Source of the DNA: Mobula hypostoma
Lineage: Eukaryota
Direction: 5' to 3'
Length of the DNA stretch: 64,000 bases
Assembly: GCF_963921235.1 (NCBI RefSeq)
Contig: NC_086097.1
Location: 72,976,001 to 73,040,000, forward strand
How positions within the stretch are numbered: the stretch's first letter is position 1; every line of letters begins with the position of its first letter. Shown one piece after another: positions 40,009 to 50,902 of the stretch. A program made the translations under genes and the position numbers. A model generated the notes under the pieces. The model made no database searches. It was not told the DNA's origin and saw only the letters and a list, made by a program, of their open reading frames with translations.

Positions 40009-40459
40009 ACAGAGTCAGAAACTGAAAAGCTAATATCTTTGCGAATACCAATATTCTTGGATGCTCTTGAAAGCTAAGGACTAATGGTAAGTTCAAGTGC
40101 TCTTGCTGGATAGAAGGACCACCTTCAGAAAACTAGATCTTCACTTCCATTCTGGAAACAAACAGCAATCTCTATTCTGGGGTATATGGAAAGCAGGCAG
40201 CTCGCATATTAGACTTGGCAACAAACAAAGAGTAAAGTGTCAGGCAGATTTGAATGCACTTTGAATAGATTATTGTTGTTCAGGAATGTTTGTGGGCACA
40301 GTAAAAACAAGACTCAACCACTTGGCCCCACCAACAAAGTTTTCAGGAATGTTTTCCAACAGTTTGACAAGTGGCCAACAGTAATCCCTTACTGTTAAGG
40401 TCACTCATAACCAAAACAAAAGAATGGAACCTCATATCACACCTTATCATTATGGTTGC

Positions 40460-41661
40460 AAACAACAGGAATTCTGCAGATGCTGGAAATTCAAGCAACA
40501 CACATGAAAGTTGCTGGTGAACGCAGCAGGCCAGGCAGCATCTCTAGGAAGAGGTGCAGTCGACGATTCAGGCCGAGACCCTTCGTCAGGACTAACTGAA
40601 GGAAGAGTGAGTAAGGGATTTGAAAGTTGGAGGGGGAGGGAGAGATCCAAAATGATAGGAGAAGACAGGAGGGGGAGGGATAGAGCCAAGAGCTGGACAG
40701 GTGATTGGCAAAAGCGATACGAGAGGATCATGGGACTGGAGGTCCAGGAAGAAAGACAAGGGGGGGGGACCCAGAGAATGGGCAAGGGGTATATTCAGAG
40801 GGACAGATGGAGAAAAAGGAGAGTGAGAGAAAGAATGTGTGTATAAAAATAAGTAACAGATGGGGTACGAGGGGGAGGTGGGGCATTAGCGGAAGTTAGA
40901 GAAGTCGATGTTCATGCCATCAGGTTGGAGGTTACCCAGACGGAATATAAGGTGTTGTTCCTCCAACCTGAGTGTGGCTTCATCTTTACAGTAGAGGAGG
41001 CCGTGGATAGACATGTCAGAATGGGAATGGGATGTGCAATTAAAATGTGTGTCCACTGGGAGATCCTGCTTTCTCTGGCGGACAGAGCGCAGATGTTCAG
41101 CAAAGCGGTCTCCCAGTCTGCGTCGGGTCTCACCAATATATAAAAGGCCACATCGGGAGCACCGGATGCAGTATATCACCCCAGCCAACTCCAGACTGAA
41201 TATAAGGTGTTGTTCCTCCAACCTGAGTGTGGCTTCATCTTTCCACTATCAACTCTGCTCTTAAACACATCTCCCTCATTTCACGTACATCTGCTCTCAC
41301 TCCATCCTCCCGCCACCCCACTAGGAATAGGGTTCCCCTGGTCCTCACCTACTATCCCACCAGCCTCCGGGTCCAACATATTATTCTCCGTAACTTCCGC
41401 CACCTCCAACGGGATCCCACCACTAAGCACATCTTCCCCTCCCCCCCCTCTGCATTCCGCAGGGATCGCTCCCTACGCGACTCCCTTGTCCATTCGTTCC
41501 CCCCCATGCCTCCCCACTGATCTCCCTCCTGGCACTTATCCGTGTAAGCGGAACAAGTGCTACACATGCCTTACACTTCCTCCCTTACCACCATTCAGGG
41601 CCCCAAACAGTCCTTCCAGGTGAGGCAACACTTCACCTATGAGTCGGCTGGGGTGATATAC
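40460..41661 (-). mobile_element. Penelope-like element with inverted 5' segment
   Basis: Minus 40460-41191: terminal repeat plus GVIYCIRCSRCGLLYIGET GIY-YIG; plus 41243-41661: RVPLVLTY and GTYPCKRNKCYTC linker; duplicated patch at 41191-41242. Confidence 0.92.
40558..40593 (-). ncRNA. Minimal hammerhead motif, GAAA mutated to GAAT
   Basis: Minus strand AGTC-CTGACGA-A-GGG TCTCGG CCT-GAAT-CGTC-GACT. Confidence 0.6.
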
Positions 41662-42009
41662 ATATAATGCAAATGATGAAATTTACCTTATTTACACGAG
41701 TCTTAGTTGTCCAGCACATCATAATTTTCCTGTAAATCAACACTTTCCTGTACTTTTCAGTTATTTGCTATACCTTTAATCATCCTGACTTGAAGATGAT
41801 GGGCAATAGAACTACAGACACGATTGGAAAGGGTTTCAATCTGTCTGGCATGTTTTATCATTTGTGCTGTATGCACTTTCACCTGAATGATCAGTTTTAT
41901 ATATATATATCAGCATAGTCTTCATTAGACATTGATCTACTCTGCATCCCCTTCCACCAACATCTTAACATTAAGACCCTCATCCTTGTTTTCAACTCTT
42001 CCCTGGCTC

Positions 42010-42315
42010 AGTTAACAAGAAAAAGACCTAGGAGAGATTCTTCCTATGGCAGGGAATTCCAGATCCAGAAGTCACAATCTAAGACCACTGAAGGCTGTGC
42101 TGAGCAGAAAATTCTTCAGCCAAGGAGTGGTAAACCTGTGGAATTCCCTTCCATGGGCAGCAGTTGATTACATTCAGGATTTATTTAGCTATGGTTCTCA
42201 TGGCTAAAGGAATCACGGAACGTAGGGAGAAACTGGGGGCAGGTTATTGAATTTGGATGGATATCAATGGCCATATTGAATGGCAGAGAAGGCTCTTGTT
42301 CCTAATTTTTGTGTA
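42010..42315 (+). mobile_element. Decayed CR1 3' end
   Basis: TTCTTCAGCCAAGGAGTGGTAAACCTGTGGAATTC...ATTGAATGGCAGAG. Confidence 0.6.
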
Positions 42316-45300
42316 ACCTCCCATGCTACAACCTGACCTCATGCATTTCCCCTAATTTAGTTGTTCCATCATTAGTGAAAGTGTGTTCATTTGCCTTGAC
42401 ACAAAGATCCAAGATTCTCTTCATAAACCTCTCTGCCTCACTGCTGTCTCTTATCTTTTCACAATGGCCCTTAAAACCTACCTGATTGTCCAAAGTTATG
42501 GTCACATGTCCAAGCATCTCCTTTTGTGGTCTTCAAAGCACATTGGCATGAGTTAGTAGAAATGCACCAGACACATTCAAACTATTCTCATTGGTATGTG
42601 CTGGGTTTTGTTCTGGTGCAGGCTCTATTCATGCATTATTTCTGCTTTGCTTGCAGCTATGAAGTTGATGAATAAACTTAACTTCTTCTGCTACTAGTAC
42701 TTCTGAGTATGCTGTTGGTGATGTGACAAGTATTAGCCAGTCCAGCTCATGTAATTGTATTAGGCAGTTACTGTTGTAACAGTTAATCAAGTAGGTCATT
42801 TATCTGTTCCCTTGTTACCCAAGAGAAGGAAGTGCAAACATTTCTGTAACATTATGAGTTTCTCTTGGGCCTTCTGTTGCAATCAACTGTAGACATGTTA
42901 CATTATGTGCTTGTTCACTGAATTAAATAGCTCATTGCAATGGTAAAACTTATTTTTTAACCAACATGCAACTACAAATTACTGATATGCTCGTACCATA
43001 GGGTCGTAGGTCGGGTCACTAACCAATGAGATGAAATATGAGTTTCCCATCTTCTTTAGATTCAAGATTCAAGACTCATTTTTATTTATGTACATGTTTA
43101 TTTGTTCTGTTTATCTACAAACTTCAGTTTTAACTATTCGATAAGAATTTGTGTTATTACAAAATGTTTCTTCCAAGAAGCTTTCTCACATTACTAAGTC
43201 TGTAGACCAGTGGTATGCAGTGGGGAATATTCATGAACAAATATTTTGTGCACGTATCATGGGAATAGTCAGTCCTTTACAATGTTTTATTTAGCATTCC
43301 ATCTGAAATTTCCACTTATTTCTTGACATCAATACAATATTTTTAATAATGTTGATGCATGAAGCTGAGAATCACGCTTTGTATTGACTTTGTACTGTAA
43401 ATGCAAAGATATGAAATTAAGCTTACTAAAAATAGAACTTTAAAAATTTGAAATCTTATTTAGAGAAGGTTCCCTTCCAAGTTGCCATCTGGAATTGGAA
43501 ATAAAGGATGCCAAACCTAGATCCTGGAACTCCACAGCTGACCGCATTGTGGGAGGACTTTGACTAGAAGGAGTGCAGCAATTCAAGAATGTGGCTCACC
43601 ACCACTTCTCAAGGGCAAGTTGGGATGGGGAGTAAATGTTGGTTCTGCCAGCAATAGCACCTGCCGAATCTGAATTTTAAAAAATGATGGCATGAGATAA
43701 CAGGAAATTTTTCCAGTGCTGCTACCCTTCACAAAGTAAGATGAAAATATAATTGAGGGAATGCACCGTCAGTTTTAAGATATTCGTTGTGAGCTTGGTT
43801 ATATTCATAGTAGAATGAAGTGGAAAGTTTCCAGCCATTACAGTAAACCTGTCATCCATCTTTCTGCTGTGGAAAATTTATCCAATTCCTAATCAAGTCT
43901 TTCCTTTGGACTTTCAAGTGCAGTAATAAAAAAGCATTGAAAGACAAATTTCTCAGCTTGAAAATGTCAGATAATGGGAGACATAATCTCATTCTGTGTG
44001 ACAGGACAACCACTGATATCAGGTTAGTGTTGGAAGTAAATGCCTACCTTGACAGCTGCCCTACAAATGAATACTCCCATCTGCAGTCTCGACATCTATC
44101 ACAGAAGGATAATGCTACTAATGTCCAAACTCTTTTTCTGACATATTCTGCCTGTGTGAATTGCTTCTTTGCCTTTTTCATTGTAGATACCAATCTTTAA
44201 ACTGTTTCATTTGACACGTTATGATAAGGAGATGTGGAGTAATGTTTGAACCCACTTCATTTCACAAGAAGTTTAAGTGCAATTGATCAAAATTGTGGTG
44301 TGTTATCTAGTACAAATCAGCTCAAGAAGATGATGTGCAGCAAAAATTCAATTTTTGTTCTTTTCTAAGACAGTCAACAATGTACAACATTGCATTTTAA
44401 ACTGTTGTCCACAACCTCCTCCCTGTGCTCTGTGTTGACACACTGGAATGACCTAACTAGCCACTTTCACATTGGCCAGGTGCTATCAGTGGCCACAAGA
44501 TACAGATTTAGCAGGCTATGTACTTAGTTGCCAGCTCTTCCAGGCCCTTGTGTGTGCTGACCAACAGACAAAACTATGAGCTACTCTCATATTAACTATG
44601 TCCAAATCCTCTGAGTGATATTTCTCCAACTTATACTGGTACTTTAAATATGGTGCTCTTTTGTGATTCAGCTCTTAAAATCTATGATGGAAGGTCTTTA
44701 TATTCTCATCCATATAGGAATCCTTGTCAATTCAGCCTCTGAAAGCACCCACAAATGCTGGGTTTCATACTGGCTCCTTCTGCACCAGTCTTGCCATCTT
44801 CATCATTATTGCAGAAAATACATTGCTCACACATTGAGAAATAAAATACCACATTGCCTGTACTGCTGTCAGCATCTTCACCAGGCAATCTCAATAATGC
44901 ATCTGTTGTCACTTTCTGTTTGGATGCTTAATATTCGGAATTGTACATAGAACATAGATCAGGACAGCACAGGGACAGGCCATTCGCCCCACAATCTTGC
45001 ACCAAACCAGCTGAAAAGCAAATCAAAAACACCCAAACACTAATCCCTCCTAGCTACACAATGTCCATATCCTTCCACCTTCCTTAGATCTATGTGCCTT
45101 TCTAAACATCACTTAAAAGCCTCGAAAGTATTTGCCTCTACCATTATATCAGGTAGGATATTGCAGACATCTATGTCTCTCCGACTAAAAAACTTAAGCT
45201 TCATATCTCCCTTGAACTAACCACCTTTCACCTTCAATGAGTGCTCTCTGGTTTTAGACATTACAACCCTGGGAAACAGATACTTTCTGCCAAGGCTTTC

Positions 45301-45350
45301 AGTACACTGGATGAACTCAGCAGGTCGGGCAGCATCAGTTAGAAACGATG

Positions 45351-45386
45351 AGTTGACGTTTCGGGCCGGAACCCTTCGTCAGGACT
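45351..45386 (-). ncRNA. Minimal hammerhead ribozyme motif, core intact, one stem I mismatch
   Basis: Minus strand AGTC-CTGACGA-A-GGG TTCCGG CCC-GAAA-CGTC-AACT. Confidence 0.7.
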
Positions 45387-46130
45387 GAAGAATGAAAGAT
45401 AGGGAAGGATTTGAAGAATGCTTGTAGCTTCAGTTGAAAGACCAGTAATTTGAAAGTCAAAGGGGTGGGGGAGAGGAAGCATTGACGTCACAGCCCTAAA
45501 AACAATGGGTTGTAGAAGAAGGAGGCGGAACCATGAGGGAGCTGCGAGAGGGGGTAGAGTGAAATAGGGATAGAGGAAGGGAGGGGGAGGGAATTACCGG
45601 AAATTGGAGAATTCTATGTTCATACCAAGGGGCTGGAGACTACCTAGACGATATATGAGGTGTTGCTCCTCCGTCTCTGCCACATCTGATCCCAGGATGA
45701 GGCTTTCCGTTCCAGGACATCTCAAATATCCTCTTTCTTTAAGGATCATGGTTTCCCTTCTACCATCATCAATGATGCCCTCACCCGCATCTCCTCCATT
45801 TCCCGCACTTCGGCTCTCACCCCATCCTGCCGCCACCACAACAGGGACAGAGTTCCCCTTGTCCTCACCTACCACCCCACTAGCCTCCGGATCCAGCACA
45901 TTATCCTCCGCAACTTCCGCCACCTTCAACAGGACCCCACCGCTAAGCACATCTTTCCCTCTCCACCCCTCTCCGCTTTCCGCGGGGATCGGTCCCTCCG
46001 CGACTCCCTGGTCCACACGTCCCTCCCCACGGATCTCCCACCTGGCACTTATCCATGCAAGCGTAAGTGCTACACCTGTCCCTACACCTCCTTTCTCACC
46101 ACCATTCAGGGCCCCAAAGAGTCCTTCCAG

Positions 46131-46457
46131 GTGAGACAACACTTCACCTGTGAGTCTGTTGGGGTCATCTATTGCATCCGGTGCTCCCGGTGCGGCCTCC
46201 TCTACATCGGTGAAACCCGACACAGATTGGGGGACCGCTTCGTCAAGCACCTCTGCTCCATCTGCCACAACAGACAGGATCTCCCAGTAGGCACCCACTT
46301 CAACTCTGCTTCCCACTCCCATTCAGATATGTCCATACATAGCCTCCTCTACTGCCATGATGAGGCTAAACTCAGGTTGGAGGAGCAACACCTCATATAC
46401 CGTCTAGTTAGTCTCCAGTCCCTTGGTATGAACATGGAATTCTCCAATTTCCGGTAA
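46131..46457 (+). pseudogene. PLE GIY-YIG endonuclease domain
   Basis: FTCESVGVIYCIRCSRCGLLYIGETRHRLGDRF..H...HFN...EEQHLI...GMN; preceded by the GTYPCKRKCYTC linker; most of the RT is missing. Confidence 0.9.
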
Positions 46458-46675
46458 CTCCCTCCCCCTCCCTTCTTCTATCCCTATTTCACTCTACCCC
46501 CTCCCCCAGCTGCCTACCACCTCCCTCATGGTTCTGCCTCCTTCTTCTACTACCCATTGTTTTCAGGGCTATGATGTCAATGCTCCCCCTCCCCCACCCC
46601 TTTGTCTTTCAAATTACTGATCTTTCAACTGAAGCTACAAGCATTCTTCAAATCCTTCCCTATCTTTCATTCTTC

Positions 46676-46711
46676 AGTCCTGACGAAGGGTTCCGGCCCG
46701 AAACGTCGACT
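46676..46711 (+). ncRNA. Minimal type I hammerhead ribozyme motif, intact
   Basis: Stem I AGTC/GACT, core CTGACGA plus extra A, stem II GGGT/GCCC with TCCG loop, GAAA, palindromic ACGT stem III, GTC cleavage triplet. Confidence 0.8.
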
Positions 46712-49700
46712 CATCGTTTCTAACTGATGCTGCCCAACCTGCTGAGTTCATCCAGTGTACTGAAAGTGTTGCTTTGATCACAACGTCTGCAGATTATTTT
46801 GTGTTTACTCTCTGCCAATCTTTCTATGCCTCTCATAATCTTGTGCACCTCTAACAGATCTCCCCTCAACCTCTGATGCTCCAGAGAAAACAATCCAAGT
46901 TTATCCAGCCTTTCAAGATAGTACATGCCCTCTAAGCCAAGCAGAGTCCTGGTAAACCTCTTCTGCACCCTCTCCAAAACCTCAACATCCTTCCTACAAT
47001 GGGGCAACCAGAACTGGATGCAATACTCCAGTTTTAAAAAGTTGCAACATAACCTGCTGACTTTTGAACTCAATGCCTCGACTAATAAAAGCAAGCATTC
47101 CATAAGCCTTCTTAACCACCCTATCGACCCGTGTAGATACTTTCGAGGAGCTATGAACTTGGATCCCAAGATCTCTCTGCTCAGCAACACTGTTAAGGAC
47201 CTTGCCCCTTAACAGTGTACTGTCTCCTTGCATTTGCCCTACCGAAGTGCAACACCTCACATTTATCTGGGTTAAACTCTATCTGCCATTTCTCAGCCTA
47301 TATCTGCAACTGATATATATCGCATTGCATTCTTGCCAGTCTTCGACACTATCCGCTACTCCACCAATCTTGGTATCATCTGCCAATTTACTAACCCACC
47401 TCACTTCATTTTTTCCAGGTCATTTATACACATTAAAAACATCAGAGGTCCCAGCACATCCCTGTGGAACTCCACTGATTGTAGACATCTAGCAGGAATG
47501 TCCCTTCAACCACTTCCCTCTGTCTTCTATGGGCAAGCCAGTTCTGAATCCAAACAGCCAATTTGCTGCGGATCCCATGCATCGTAATCTTCTGGATTAG
47601 CCTCCCATGAGAGACTTTATCAAAAGCCTTATTAAAATCCACATAGGCAACATTTCTGCCCTACCTTCATCCATCTCTCTCATTACCTTGTCAAAAAACT
47701 CAGTCAAGTTGGTAAGGCATGACTTGCCATGCACAAAGCCATACTGGTTAGGCCATGTGTTTCCAAATGCTCATATATCCTTTCCCAAAGAATTTTCTCT
47801 AGCAATTTCCCTACAACCGACATGAGACTCACCGGCTATAGTTCCCAGGATTTTCCCTTGATCCCTTCTTACATAGGGCTACAACATTAGCCACTCGCAA
47901 ATTGTCTGGGACCTCGCTTGTGGCTAGAAAGGTCACAAAGATACTAGTCAAGGGCCCAACAATCTTGTCTCTTGCCTCCTTCAATAAGCTGGGGTAAATC
48001 CCATCAGGCCCTGGGGTCTTATCCACCTTAATACTCATTAGGAGGCCCAACACTTCCTCCTCCTTAACCTCTGAATGCCCTGATGTACTTATACACTGAA
48101 CTTCTGGTATTCCATATCCTTTTCCTTGGTAAATATTGAGGCAAAGTACTCATTAAGTATCTTGCTCACATCCTCTGCACATAAGCAAATGTTCCCCCCT
48201 TTATCTTTGAGTGGTCCCACCCTCTCCCTTAGTTATCCTTTTACTCTTGAAGTATGCAATCATGCATATTGTAGTTCAGCCCACTGAACTTTGGGAAATG
48301 CAGGGGATGTTCAAGAATAGTCAACAGAGATTTGTGGTAGTATGACTAGAGTGAGCTGTCTGCTTGACATGAGCTGCTGGAAACTCTATGTCAAATATGG
48401 TTTCCAAAGACATCTCCCATTTCTGAATCGAGTTCCCTTGATCTCTGTCCAGAACAGTGGAAGTTAAATCTGTCCTAAGCCTGTGATGGGCTCTGTACCC
48501 TTCACCCAAATTAGTGCAAACAAATCCTTGAACAATAGTTCTCTCTTCACCAATACTTTTTGCAGAGATGCCAATATCATAACTTGGAAGGATCATATCT
48601 TGTGTTTTCTAGCATTGATAAATGCCTTGACCTTCTCCTTGGTCAGTTATAGACAATTTGTATCTTCTTCCTGGCCCAAACAAATCCACTGCCTCTGCAC
48701 AAAAGCTCATTTACCATTCTGGAGCTTAACCTTATTCTAAAGAAATCTCATGACCTCTTCAAGCATTCTAAGACTTTCCTTCTTTTAAGCAAACAAGATT
48801 GCAGTTAATCTTTCATCCACAGTGTTCTGAACTATTTTGATTGGTGACCTCATACCAATTTGTGAGTTTGATAACTAATTAAATCTTCTAATGATTGTTG
48901 ACTTTCAGGTAGCATTAGCTTTCTTATCTGCATGAATTGTACATTATGAAAGGTTCAGCTTAGTTCAGTGCCCTGCTTCAGAACTGAAGGATATTCTCCA
49001 TTATTGTCTGAGGGTTACATTTAAATTCCCCAAAAGCTGAAAGCTCATATCTGCATTAATAGATGTTGTTCGGTCACCTGAGCAGTTTTGATCAACATAA
49101 CCTCTTGCACAATTTGTTCAATTCCTCTGCTTTCACCATACATGATACTGATCAAGTCTTGTACTATGCTAACTTGCTGTTGATTTAAAATGAATATGAG
49201 TTTTGACACACCACTCCCCTCCCCACCCCAGTACAGGCATACAAATCATTGTACATACTTACATGTTTCTCTGAAGATTTTTTAAAATATGGTGCAGAGG
49301 ATTTTACAGACCTGGGCAACTTCCAGTTCATCCGTGAAATAGTTTAATTTCTTTTTTCCTTTTCAAGGTGGCTGAGGTCCTGCCAGACTGCATGATCTAC
49401 AGTTGCACTCAAACTGTGGTGCTTCATGGCGATGGGTTCTCGCCCTCAGAACTCACCGAGCACATGGCTTTTTTGATATCTCCAGGAGTGGCTAGAAAGA
49501 TGTGGATCTTCAAGGTGCGGCCCTGTGGACAACCAGATTCTTCACCGGTGTCTCCGACTGAAGCATTGTGGGAGATTGAAACATTGAGACAGCAGTGTTC
49601 ACTGCTGTCAAAAGGAGGCCTTCAAGTCAGGGGGAACTCAAATAAGCAATGCTGCAGATTGTAACATCAAAGCAGTGTGTTGTATGTCTCACTCTCATCT

Positions 49701-50009
49701 GGTGCAGGAACAATATCTGTATCTCCCCCGCTAGTGAGAGAGAGAGCCTGACTGAGATGTGGAAGTGCTGGGATAGACAGTAGTTTTTCATGGACTCTAT
49801 ATCATGGTCCTGGGGAGGAGGGAGTTATTATTGCTTGCATAGTGGGTAATGGGGGTTGATGCTTTTGCTAGAGCAGTGGCAGGAGGGGGAGGGAGTGGTT
49901 TGTTACTCTTGCTGCTGGTTGAGCATGGGAGGGTGGAAGGGCTTTGAGGTTCTAACATTTTCTGTCATTCCTTCTTGGGGCTTTTAAATTCTGTTTCATG
50001 GATGTCTGT

Positions 50010-50902
50010 TGTTACGTGACCAACAAAAATGAATATAGAATTGAGTTAAGTTTTATAAACAAACAAACATTTATTAAACTCTGCTCAACAATAGCAAAAA
50101 GTATTCAAATGACTAACTTAACCAGAAGTTAGATGCTAAACGGCAAATCTGAAACAGTTCTTAAAGTGGTAAATTCGAACACATTTCTTAAAGTGGTAAA
50201 TTTGAACACAGTCTTAAAATGGTAAATTTGAAAGTCCAAGTGATTTACACAGTCAATAAGGAGAGACTTCTCTGAAAACAAATTTCTTCGAAGACGTGAT
50301 GTTACAGCTGATTCTCCAAAGGATTCAAGATGAAGGAAATAAAATGGCTTAAAGGAACTGACCTTTTTCCTGGCGAATGAACACTGCACGAACCTTTCTG
50401 TTCTTACAGGGGTTGTTCCAGATGCAGGTCACTATTTCTGAACGAAGATTCAATAAGGTTGATCCTTTATGAAACCGCTGAACGACACTAACTTTACTCA
50501 ATCCTTCAGGTTCCTGTACTTTGATAAAGTCTTCACTCTCCAGTACTAGACTGTAAAGGTAAATCAAAAGTACCCCAAACAAAACTGGCAGCAATTGGCG
50601 AAACTGCCAGCACAACGATTTTACCTTACAATAGAAGGTAAAACTCCGCTTTAAAACGAAACTGCGTCATGAGACGAATATGCAGCATAACGGAATAACT
50701 GACGATTTAAACAATTAACTAAACTGCGTAACAACACAGGTTTCCCATTATATACCTGTTGAGAACATGTCATCACGTGACCTCACACTAGCAGGAAAAT
50801 TACATCACCTCACCATCACAAGACCATTACATCATGTTCACAAGATATTCAATTACATCATGGTCATAAGACAGTCACAAGATACCCACAAGGTATGTAA
50901 CA
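50010..50902 (-). mobile_element. Solo LTR (893 bp), Gypsy-like
   Basis: TGTTAC...GTAACA ends; 4-bp TSD CTGT at 50006-50009 and 50903-50906; minus-strand TATATAA near 50750 and AATAAA near 50072. Confidence 0.9.
50158..50233. repeat. ~26-bp tandem repeat, 3 copies, inside the LTR
   Basis: TCTTAAAGTGGTAAATTYGAACACA repeated. Confidence 0.85.

Larger units (their letters stand above)
45294..46805 (+). mobile_element. Penelope-like element (Neptune-type Cys linker) with inverted terminal repeats
   Basis: Arms 45296-45671 and 46379-46766; GIY-YIG ORF; TSD TACT(T/C)TCTGCCAA at 45281-45293 and 46806-46818. Confidence 0.95.
44945..48245 (-). mobile_element. CR1 LINE (RT and 3' end) interrupted by a PLE at 45294-46805
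   Basis: TPGPDGIYP, MDFNKAFDKVSHGRL, EQRDLGIQVH, LEYCIQFWLPH, LGLFSLEHQRLRGDL; CATAGAACATAGA tail at 44946. Confidence 0.92.

Noticed and set aside
40445..41675. TSD for the inverted PLE
   Set aside because: Only a short TGCAAA similarity, offset from the junctions
44700..44900. Possible exon or ORFs
   Set aside because: At most a faint GFILAP resemblance to RTE RT; too degraded to call
45594..46322. 242-aa minus-strand ORF ending in the GIY-YIG C-terminus
   Set aside because: Antisense read-through of the PLE body fused to the inverted arm; a by-product of the inversion
49350..49664. Strong acceptor TTTTTTCCTTTTCAAG followed by a 98-aa ORF, as a host exon
   Set aside because: No recognisable protein and no convincing donor; appears to lie inside the interspersed repeat split by the 50010 LTR
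50158..50233. CRISPR-like repeat array
   Set aside because: Contiguous tandem copies without spacers, inside a eukaryotic LTR
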